A stretch of 64,000 nucleotides of DNA from Alphaproteobacteria bacterium (GTDB lineage Bacteria > Pseudomonadota > Alphaproteobacteria > Rickettsiales > UBA998). Positions 41,301 through 48,420 of this stretch are shown in pieces; the stretch's first letter is position 1; every line of letters begins with the position of its first letter. A program made the position numbers and the translations under genes. The notes under the pieces were generated by a model, which saw only the letters and a list, made by a program, of their open reading frames with translations, made no database searches and was not told the origin of the DNA. The DNA is taken from the NCBI GenBank assembly GCA_004292675.1, contig RDXO01000015.1:9115-73114 (forward strand), read 5' to 3'.

Positions 41301-42073
41301 GACGGCAATGTTTCTAATGCTTCTTGAAAAATCTGTGTTTGCTCTCTAAGAGATGCACCATGATAACCATGTGCATTCAACCATTGTTCAAGAGCAGATG
41401 TACGCCTTGCGGAAGCAACATCTATTTGAAAATCACTATAATTGCCCTCCCCTGCAAAATCACGCATCGTGGCAGAACTATCATAGGTTTCTTGCCATCC
41501 TTGGGTACGTGTGCGCTTTGCAATGCCCATGCGCGTAGTAAAATCCCGCGCTCTATCACTCATGTCACTGCCTAATACCGTCTCAACAACCTGTAATGGT
41601 TGCGCATTATTAAATTCATTCAGCAATTCCAATGCGCGCATCATGCCCTGTTCATTATAGTGCGCATCGCGCATATAATCCATGGCATCCATGGTATAGG
41701 CAAGCGGACTATAGCGTTGATGGTGTGTGTGGGCAGTACGTTCTGGCAATAATTCATTTTTAAGCAACTGATAGGTCAGCATAGCCGCAAGCGTATCTTC
41801 ATCCTTGGTTGCAGCAATCAAACCTTTGCTGATAATGATGGAAGAGCGATTCATCCCCTCATAGGACGCATCGGGCAAAAGCGCATCATCCACCATCATA
41901 TAGGGTGCGGGATCATCTGCCAAAATAAAATCTATCTCAGGAAGAGGCAGATCATCATCTGCCCCTTGGTAGATGCGTTCTAACATCGCACGCATTGCCG
42001 CATGAAACGCCTGCCCATCCTCACTTTCAGGGTCAACAGCGCGCCAGCGATCTAGGTGTTCTTCATATGCCAT
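38363..42073 (-). CDS. large (1236 aa) hypothetical protein with an ABC1/UbiB-like atypical kinase-like region
   Basis: A single long ORF. FGPLGVKFAQAI (39632-39664), FDSDRHGANVKV (about 38946-38985) and IFDLG (about 38882-38900) mirror the ABC1 motifs GPxFIKxGQ, H-x-D-x-H-x-GN and DFG. The N-terminal ~780 aa were not recognised. Confidence 0.7.
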   Translation of the reverse strand: MAYEEHLDRWRAVDPESEDGQAFHAAMRAMLERIYQGADDDLPLPEIDFILADDPAPYMMVDDALLPDASYEGMNRSSIIISKGLIAATKDEDTLAAMLTYQLLKNELLPERTAHTHHQRYSPLAYTMDAMDYMRDAHYNEQGMMRALELLNEFNNAQPLQVVETVLGSDMSDRARDFTTRMGIAKRTRTQGWQETYDSSATMRDFAGEGNYSDFQIDVASARRTSALEQWLNAHGYHGASLREQTQIFQEALETLPSLSEIPYMGFWHDASSYAYHLDVLLSQAGEHAASNQLRIAFREATQDAGVTDYVYRSEDELIASKVIDMSLHAHPLSFHDDFGFIVPARMQFDRLIEATRDPLKAAMRNRLSIEQAQEDPIEHVLQWDASEDVPSVLREFSEWLEKPANQYNVNARMQWERTIADEIRAVAEDDPQLAGRMAHYALTSCGIVQPDSVRDVLTHWKEGVALALGTEAHPVGDKDELRAQMESIAEDILRHVSRPLLAPHMIAMLATLTEAQPEHAYMLEKKLQHHAQGERENNVHLRGVSEWLGEMLVTNPKASVQMLGLLIHPTPGTVLLDDVKNRLHDCFMADFEARAERLQNLQETVDIVDHMINLAVLFAGDDAMSAYREMVAPLRQTIAIMKELSEDYHKANTMEWGDIKEYITSYTGKEIDFDALESLVNVGNAIFWDTVPEVRGLVTTALLFADGRTPDAMMPTIDADDEPSLSIRDFIKARIIPASLDEQTRMQVEIFMDHYVHNTNAYDEMAILGYALALAKPMQATTHEGRSEEHQQGEMLTQILSSFGPLGVKFAQAIEGMPHVSDELRAGMSSSKERSVDMPRWEYFHKIENRVTPEVWDDISHFGPVLAAGSNQFTGIVTYQGEASALTCLHDAVRERAKFEAEMLQGALGAVHQKYDQMGNDTTALRLAEGLLERSYDVMKTEHNYSIGKWQVQKAQKMYNDLKVTIGDMPVHFKVVDWKTHGDDFKIESIAEGVSFKKLLNDESLEHDDIKKLAKSIITVENLWLSTGQMFDSDRHGANVKVQPIRNDAGEMTGWQVNIFDLGALLTQRPTHKARMEFGKAVGEALTNARANDQPFVPALRTTLLHYAQAAKDRGDKETANYLFEIPKAQLAQQDYVSVLSSEESSAHYAKMFGTFMSSGRMDPSIVAGIAMTGGGIVVGEAVNEVNKKKDKIGSHIQKILSRQQNDPRAEIAPAEIADAIMIQGGRARHTHYNR

Positions 42074-42114
42074 CGCATGATGTTAGCAGAAGATCATATG
42101 AAAAATTATTAAAT

Positions 42115-42783
42115 TTATATGACATTTTTAGCGCATTGCACCATAGGTTCACCGTGGCTCACCTTATCCACCCCACGACTCAGCAAAAAGATTCCCTTTT
42201 GTCCAAAAACATTCGCACACCACGCATGTTGCATCAGCGCATCAGGCATATAATGCGCACTTTGTATCATCGTGTGATCAATACGTAACTCTAACATCGT
42301 CACAAAATCTGAAAAATCCCGCAGCGTACAAAAGTGAATATTGGGTGTTTCATACCATTGATAGGATAATTGCTTGGTAACGGGCATACGTCCATGCCAT
42401 GCAAAATACCAACGATTACGCCAATGCCCAAAATTAGGAACAGAAACAATCACATGACGTGCAATATGAGAGGCTTGTTTCAGCATCTGCACTGGATCAC
42501 GCATTTGCTGCAAAATTTGATTGAGGATGATATAATCATAAGCATCATGCTGATAATGATGAATATCTACCTCCGCATCCCCCTGCACAACCGAAAGCCC
42601 ACGGGAAATGGCATATTGCACCTTTTCATTGGATAGTTCAATCCCGCGCCCATGCACAGATTTATGATGCGTCAACCATGCCAATAAATGCCCCCGCGCA
42701 CAGCCAATATCTAAGACCCGCGCATGTTCTGGAATCATATCAGCAATAGTACGAAGATTTTCCGTGAGTTTCACATGATGCAT
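42115..42783 (-). CDS. metW: methionine biosynthesis protein MetW (SAM-methyltransferase fold)
   Basis: VLDIGCARGHLL ... GIE ... SVPNFGHWRNR ... GRMPVT ... WYETPNIHFCTLRDF matches the MetW family pattern. Confidence 0.8.
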   Translation of the reverse strand: MHHVKLTENLRTIADMIPEHARVLDIGCARGHLLAWLTHHKSVHGRGIELSNEKVQYAISRGLSVVQGDAEVDIHHYQHDAYDYIILNQILQQMRDPVQMLKQASHIARHVIVSVPNFGHWRNRWYFAWHGRMPVTKQLSYQWYETPNIHFCTLRDFSDFVTMLELRIDHTMIQSAHYMPDALMQHAWCANVFGQKGIFLLSRGVDKVSHGEPMVQCAKNVI

Positions 42784-42789
42784 ACAGAC

Positions 42790-44076
42790 TTACTTATCAT
42801 CCTGTTGGTGCAAACGCTGCACCGATAAACGTACAATTTGATTGCTCCGTTTCTCATCCACGGTAAATTGATAACCATAAAATTGGAAGCTCGCCCCCAC
42901 TTCTGGAATAGAGCGCGATTCATGGATCACAAGTCCCGCAATAGTTGTCGCTTTTTCATCGGGAAGATTCCAATCAAGCAATCGATTCACATCACGAATC
43001 GTGGTTGTTCCGTCAATTTTATAAAATTGCTCTCCTATGCGCTTCACCCCAACCGATGCAGCAACATCATGTTCATCATTAATATCCCCAACAATTTCTT
43101 CAAGAATATCTTCCAATGTGATGATACCTTGACACACACCATATTCATTCACCACCACAGCAAAATGCCGTTTTTTCGTGCGAAAATCATAGAGTTGTTG
43201 GCTAATACTCGTCGTTTCAGGGACAAAAAGCGGAGCAGATAATAGGGCTTCAATTTCTTCTTGTGAGGGATGCTTATTTTTTGCCATCACCAAACGCATC
43301 AAATCACGCACATGCAGCACGCCAATAATATTCTCAGGTTCATTGCGCCAAAAAGGCAAGCGGCTATGGTTGGATGCTAAAACCGCTTTAATAATCTCTG
43401 GCGGTGACAAGGCGATATTCACACTCTCCATCTTTTTACGGTGCGTCATCACATCACACACCTCAACACTACTTAAATCAAGAATAGAACCCAGCATATC
43501 GCGTTCTTGCTTGATCATATCCCCTTCTTTATGGTGCATCTCAATAGTACCACGAATCAGTTCAGAAGCAGAAACAATGCTAGAAGATAGTGAAAAATCA
43601 ATCCCAAAAAGCCGCATGAAGCGCGCAATAAACCATTGTACGCTTTTCGTTATGGGCAAAAACACCTTCACCAACCACATCATCGGTGTTGAAACAAAAA
43701 GCGAGACTTGTTCTGCATAATAAAATGCAATCGTTTTAGGTAAGATTTCACAGAAAATAATCACGATCACCGTCAAGGCTGCTGTCGCAAATGCCACCCC
43801 ATGATCCCCAAAAAATGCAATAGCAAGGCTGGTAGAAATAGCTGTTGCGCCGATATTGACGATATTATTTCCGATTAAAATGGTTGTGATCACCGCATCC
43901 CTTTTCTCATGCAAGCGCATCACCTTACGCGCCCGACGATTGCCCTCCAAATGCATCTGATACATGCGGGCGCGTGAAACAACCGTTAGCCCTGTTTCTG
44001 AGCTGGAAAAAAACATCGAGCAACAAAATAAAAAACATACCAAGACCAGTTCAAAAATAATATTAGCTTCTGCCAT
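42790..44076 (-). CDS. CNNM/TlyC-family protein (DUF21 + CBS pair + CorC_HlyC)
   Basis: N-terminal 4-TM DUF21, a CBS pair region, and a C-terminal transporter-associated domain. Confidence 0.85.
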   Translation of the reverse strand: MAEANIIFELVLVCFLFCCSMFFSSSETGLTVVSRARMYQMHLEGNRRARKVMRLHEKRDAVITTILIGNNIVNIGATAISTSLAIAFFGDHGVAFATAALTVIVIIFCEILPKTIAFYYAEQVSLFVSTPMMWLVKVFLPITKSVQWFIARFMRLFGIDFSLSSSIVSASELIRGTIEMHHKEGDMIKQERDMLGSILDLSSVEVCDVMTHRKKMESVNIALSPPEIIKAVLASNHSRLPFWRNEPENIIGVLHVRDLMRLVMAKNKHPSQEEIEALLSAPLFVPETTSISQQLYDFRTKKRHFAVVVNEYGVCQGIITLEDILEEIVGDINDEHDVAASVGVKRIGEQFYKIDGTTTIRDVNRLLDWNLPDEKATTIAGLVIHESRSIPEVGASFQFYGYQFTVDEKRSNQIVRLSVQRLHQQDDK

Positions 44077-44078
44077 AT

Positions 44079-45200
44079 TTAGATAAACTCTGCAAAAATA
44101 GATTGCACCTGCTGCGGCATCACATCATGACGCACGCACGCATCACCGATATGATTCAGGGCAATAAAGGTAAGCCCACCCGAATGTGCTTTTTTATCAT
44201 GATAACATAATGCCGTCAACTCCTGTGCATCCCACGCAATATCAGAGCATAATGCAGACAAACTCGTTGCCATCCCTACTGCTTCCATATGCTGACGAAA
44301 CGCCACACATTCCTCAATGGTCATGTTTGAAAGATGCAACGCCATCAAACATCCAAGTGCCACGGCTTCCCCATGCAAAATACGCCCATCATATCCGCCT
44401 TTATGCTCGATCGCATGAGCAAATGTATGCCCAAGGTTTAATAATGCACGCCGTCCTTGTTCTTTTTCATCTTCTGCAACAATAGTAGCTTTCATACGGC
44501 AACAATGCATGATCATCTCTTCTGTCCATGAATGTTGAGGTATAGACGGCTCTGCTAAGGTTGCCAAAACTTCCTGCCCATCACGAAGCAATCGCTGGTA
44601 GAATGCCGCATCCCCCAATAAGCCATATTTCAGCACCTCAGCATAACCCGCCACTAATTCACGCCGTGGCAAGGTGCGCAACGTCGATCGATCCATCACT
44701 ACACATTGCGGTTGATAAAAACTTCCGATCAGATTCTTGCCCGATTGCGTGTTAATGCCCGTCTTGCCACCTACTGAGCTATCCACCTGCGCTAGCAAGG
44801 TTGTTGGTATTTGAATAAAAGGCACACCACGCAATAACACAGAAGCGACAAAGCCCGTGAGATCACCCACCACACCGCCACCGAGTGCCACGAGCGTAGT
44901 CCGCCGATCAGGTTGATGCTTCAGCATGGCTTCACATAGATGCGCAAAGGATGCAAAGGATTTCGCGCCCTCACCAGCCTCCACCACAAATGACGCAATC
45001 TGATAGCCCCCAAGACGCAATGATTGCTCCACCATCTCTTGATAAAGTGGTGCGACATGGCTATCCGTCACAAGAAATATCTTTTTACCACGCACATAAG
45101 GTGCGATAAATCTATGCAGGTTTTCTAATAGATGCTCACCATAAAAAATTGGATAGGAAGCCGATGGAATGCAGACATGATAGGAAGAAGGAGTGTTCAT
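44079..45200 (-). CDS. aroB: 3-dehydroquinate synthase
   Basis: GGGVVGDLTGFVAS and HGEAVA motifs. Start ATG 45200 forms an ATGA overlap with the aroK stop. Confidence 0.92.
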   Translation of the reverse strand: MNTPSSYHVCIPSASYPIFYGEHLLENLHRFIAPYVRGKKIFLVTDSHVAPLYQEMVEQSLRLGGYQIASFVVEAGEGAKSFASFAHLCEAMLKHQPDRRTTLVALGGGVVGDLTGFVASVLLRGVPFIQIPTTLLAQVDSSVGGKTGINTQSGKNLIGSFYQPQCVVMDRSTLRTLPRRELVAGYAEVLKYGLLGDAAFYQRLLRDGQEVLATLAEPSIPQHSWTEEMIMHCCRMKATIVAEDEKEQGRRALLNLGHTFAHAIEHKGGYDGRILHGEAVALGCLMALHLSNMTIEECVAFRQHMEAVGMATSLSALCSDIAWDAQELTALCYHDKKAHSGGLTFIALNHIGDACVRHDVMPQQVQSIFAEFI

Positions 45201-45772
45201 GACGATGTTCCTTCGCACGGTGTAAGAAAAATATGGGGGTGTGATTCACGCAACCTACGGATAATGCAACGAATAATTTGTTCTTGCGTTCCCTCACCAC
45301 TATCCACCACTACATCCGCGAGTGCATAATACGGATTACGCTCCTCCGCCATTTTGCCTAATATGGCAAATTTATCACCCTGCTCAAGCAAAGGGCGCGT
45401 ATTCTTGCGTGAGACTCGCTCTACCAGCACATCAATATCAGCGCGCAACCACACACTCACCGCATATTGTTCCGCTAAATCACGCACGCTCGGGTTCATC
45501 CATGCCCCCCCGCCCGTTGCTAACACGCGTGGCGGACCTTCTGAAAGCAACCGCGCAATGACCCGCCGTTCAAGATCACGAAAGATAGACTCACCATGCA
45601 CCGAAAAAATATCGGAAATGCTGCACCCTGCAGCAACGGCAATATCATCATCAGAATCACTAAATTGCATATGCATAGCTTTCGCTAAGCGTTTACCAAC
45701 ACTTGATTTTCCTGCTCCCATAAGCCCAACAAGAATAATTGTTTTGCTTGATTTGTTTTTGTTCGTTGCCAT
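45197..45772 (-). CDS. aroK: shikimate kinase
   Basis: LVGLMGAGKSSVGKRLA P-loop, and the gene lies upstream of aroB. Confidence 0.92.
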   Translation of the reverse strand: MATNKNKSSKTIILVGLMGAGKSSVGKRLAKAMHMQFSDSDDDIAVAAGCSISDIFSVHGESIFRDLERRVIARLLSEGPPRVLATGGGAWMNPSVRDLAEQYAVSVWLRADIDVLVERVSRKNTRPLLEQGDKFAILGKMAEERNPYYALADVVVDSGEGTQEQIIRCIIRRLRESHPHIFLTPCEGTSS

Positions 45773-45879
45773 GCTTTCTTTTATATGCTATATGAACATT
45801 AAGTTACAACGTATAATTTGATTTTTACCAGAAAAAAATGATACATTAACAACGGATCTAAGAATAAATAGGGCTTTCT

Positions 45880-46047
45880 ATGGCAAAGAAAACGAATAAA
45901 ACGAATAATAAAAAGAAGCTGATCATCATCGCATTGGCGGGAATGTTCCTTATCTCCCTGATCACACTCTGCCTGCTGGATCTCGCACCGCAACAGCAGG
46001 GGCAGAAAGTTGATATACCTATCACCACCATATTAAAAAACTCATAA
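45880..46047 (+). CDS. possible small membrane protein (55 aa), below the ORF-track cutoff
   Basis: My own translation: MAKKTNKTNNKKKLIIIALAGMFLISLITLCLLDLAPQQQGQKVDIPITTILKNS. Lys-rich N-terminus plus one TM. It competes with antisense track ORF 45799-45993. Confidence 0.3.
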   Translation: MAKKTNKTNNKKKLIIIALAGMFLISLITLCLLDLAPQQQGQKVDIPITTILKNS

Positions 46048-46121
46048 ATATGACGACCCGTTGAGTGATTCTGAATGCTAGCAGAATCGCTCTTTTTTTC
46101 ATTCTAATGCATGGAGGATGC

Positions 46122-46595
46122 ATGAACCAAAAAATCACACCGTCGTTCTATCGTTTTGCGCCACGTTTTACTGTCATGCAAATACTCACCGTTTCTGGTC
46201 TCGTATGTATGATTGTTTTTGGCTTGGTGGATGCCTTATTTGCTACCGATGGCGGTCATAAACATCGTGTTCGTCATTATGAAAAATCCTCCCCACAAAC
46301 TCCCGAACTAGCTCGCGATCAATTTCATAAAGATATGCGCCAGATTCAAAAGATACTTGCGCAATCTAATATGGGCGCACCTCAACTTGAAGCGATCCAT
46401 GAAACCACCTACTCCATGGAATCATCTCTTAAAACACTTTCTACTACATGGGGCGCAAAACCGCTCTTTGCTGATGTGGTTGCCTCTTTAGAATTGCTGC
46501 ACAAAGCCTCTGAAGATCATCATGAACAAGAGACGCGTGCGCATTTTGCCGCTCTTTTAGAAAAATCAACGAAGTTGTTTGCACCTACAAATTAA
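46122..46595 (+). CDS. hypothetical protein with an N-terminal TM
   Basis: Start chosen at the ATG preceded by GGAGGA. TM: VMQILTVSGLVCMIVFGLV. No family recognised. Confidence 0.5.
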   Translation: MNQKITPSFYRFAPRFTVMQILTVSGLVCMIVFGLVDALFATDGGHKHRVRHYEKSSPQTPELARDQFHKDMRQIQKILAQSNMGAPQLEAIHETTYSMESSLKTLSTTWGAKPLFADVVASLELLHKASEDHHEQETRAHFAALLEKSTKLFAPTN

Positions 46596-46673
46596 TATTC
46601 ATTTTTCACTAGCATTATGTGAAATTTGATTTATAATGCACATTATTATTTTAACAAAACTTAAGAGGTCATC

Positions 46674-46934
46674 GTGGGTTCATTTGTTGATAAAATTATT
46701 GCAAAAAAAGGGCATTTGATTCACAAACTCAAAGCAAAAGACTCAACAGGGCGTTGGGCATATTATTTTGTGTTGGTGGAACAAGCGCGTGAACAGGCAT
46801 TTCTTGCAGCGTTGGAATCGAATCAGTCGATTGACTTGCTAGATTATGGGAAAGTCGTTGCTTCTAATTATGGTGAAGAACCAAGCGATGAAGTGAAGGC
46901 TATGCTCAAAGAAAAATATAATTTTGATGTGTGA
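46674..46934 (+). CDS. hypothetical small protein
   Basis: 86 aa, GTG start preceded by AAGAGG. No family recognised. Confidence 0.5.
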   Translation: MGSFVDKIIAKKGHLIHKLKAKDSTGRWAYYFVLVEQAREQAFLAALESNQSIDLLDYGKVVASNYGEEPSDEVKAMLKEKYNFDV

Positions 46935-46939
46935 TGCGC

Positions 46940-47587
46940 ATGAAATTATACATCTATGATCATTGCCCCTATTGCGTTAAAGCACGTATGATCTTTGGCA
47001 TCAAGGATGTTCCATTTACCTTGGTCACCCTCCGCAATGATGATGAAGCAACGCCCATCTCGATGGTTGGCAAAAAACTTGTTCCCATCCTTGAGAAAGC
47101 TGATGGGCAATGTATGCCTGAAAGCATGGATATTGTACGCTATATCGATGCGTTGGATGGCACGCCTATGTTACGAGCAGAGGATGATCACCACCCAATC
47201 GCAGCATGGTGCGCGGGTGCGCGTGATTATCTCTATGCGCTTGCCATGCCACGTTGGGTATGTGCGCCATTGGAGGAATTTGCCACGGAATCGGCACGAT
47301 CCTATTTTATTCACAAAAAAGAGCAGATGATCGGCAATTTTTCTGATCTCATACAGCAATCGGAAGGATTGATTGAACAAGCGAATCAGCATCTGCTTGC
47401 CCTAGAGTCTTTGTTGCACCCTAATCGTCTTAAGGCGGGATGGAGTGAGCATGATATTCATCTTTTTGCAATCCTGCGTAGCCTTTCGATTGTGCGTGGT
47501 CTGCGCTATCCAACGCATGTGGATGCCTACCGCTTAGAAGTCGCGCAACGCACCCATATCCCGCTTCATGATGAGTATGCATCCTGA
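46940..47587 (+). CDS. grxB: glutaredoxin 2
   Basis: [20 protein letters not shown] (CPYC active site) and a GST-like C-terminal domain of about 215 aa. Confidence 0.85.
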   Translation: MKLYIYDHCPYCVKARMIFGIKDVPFTLVTLRNDDEATPISMVGKKLVPILEKADGQCMPESMDIVRYIDALDGTPMLRAEDDHHPIAAWCAGARDYLYALAMPRWVCAPLEEFATESARSYFIHKKEQMIGNFSDLIQQSEGLIEQANQHLLALESLLHPNRLKAGWSEHDIHLFAILRSLSIVRGLRYPTHVDAYRLEVAQRTHIPLHDEYAS

Positions 47588-47594
47588 AATATCT

Positions 47595-48236
47595 ATGATC
47601 GAGCGCATAAAAGAAGATATTCTCGCCTATCTGACGCGTGACCCAGCCGCAACCTCGCGCCTTGCCGTGATTTTGTGCTATCCGGGATTGCACGCTCTTT
47701 GGCTGCACCGTATCGCACATAAGATAGATAAATTCGGATGGCGTATCATAGCGCGCTTTATTGCGATGATGTCACGCTTTATGACGGGCATTGAGATTCA
47801 TCCCAGTGCCATCATCGGACGACGCATCGTCATCGATCATGGGATGGGCGTAGTGATTGGTGAAACAGCAATTATTGGTGATGATGTCACCATCTATCAT
47901 GGCGTGACTCTTGGCGGCATATCGCTACATAAAGGGCAACGCCACCCCACCATCGGTGATGGTGTCATTATTGGTGCAGGCGCAAAAATACTTGGACCTA
48001 TCCATGTGGGGGCGCGGGCGCGTATTGGCTCGAACGCCGTTGTCACCAAAGATGTAGACGAAGATAGCACCATGATCGGAGTGCCTGCCCATTCAACTCA
48101 CGATGTGCGCGTCGCAAGCGATGCTTTTGTTGCCTATGGGGAATGTGTGAGTGAGGGTGAGCGCGACCCTATCTATGCCGAACTCAACGCCTTAAAAGAA
48201 CGGCTGGATGCACTGGAAGCACGCACGACGCTGTAG
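47595..48236 (+). CDS. cysE: serine O-acetyltransferase
   Basis: RDPAA ... TGIEIHPSA ... [13 protein letters not shown] hexapeptide-repeat pattern. Start at MIERIKEDI. Confidence 0.88.
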   Translation: MIERIKEDILAYLTRDPAATSRLAVILCYPGLHALWLHRIAHKIDKFGWRIIARFIAMMSRFMTGIEIHPSAIIGRRIVIDHGMGVVIGETAIIGDDVTIYHGVTLGGISLHKGQRHPTIGDGVIIGAGAKILGPIHVGARARIGSNAVVTKDVDEDSTMIGVPAHSTHDVRVASDAFVAYGECVSEGERDPIYAELNALKERLDALEARTTL

Positions 48237-48281
48237 GTTCTGTTGCAAATCCCAATAAATGATAATGTTGATCATTAAAAA

Positions 48282-48408
48282 AGACTTCTGCATAAACCAT
48301 AAAACCAACACATTCGTCATGCCTGCGTAGGCAGGCATCCAACAATAATAGCAGTGATGGATACCAGCCTTCGCTGGTATGACAAGGCTTGAGAGTTATG
48401 CAGAGTCT
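48282..48408 (+). mobile_element. MITE family 3, intact copy (~127 bp)
   Basis: Terminal inverted repeats: agacttctgcataa (48282-48295) and ttatgcagagtct (48396-48408). Two internal 8-bp-stem hairpins (atgcctgc-gtag-gcaggcat and ataccagc-cttc-gctggtat). A related copy lies at 63197-63568. Confidence 0.65.
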
Positions 48409-48420
48409 CTAAAAGAAAAA

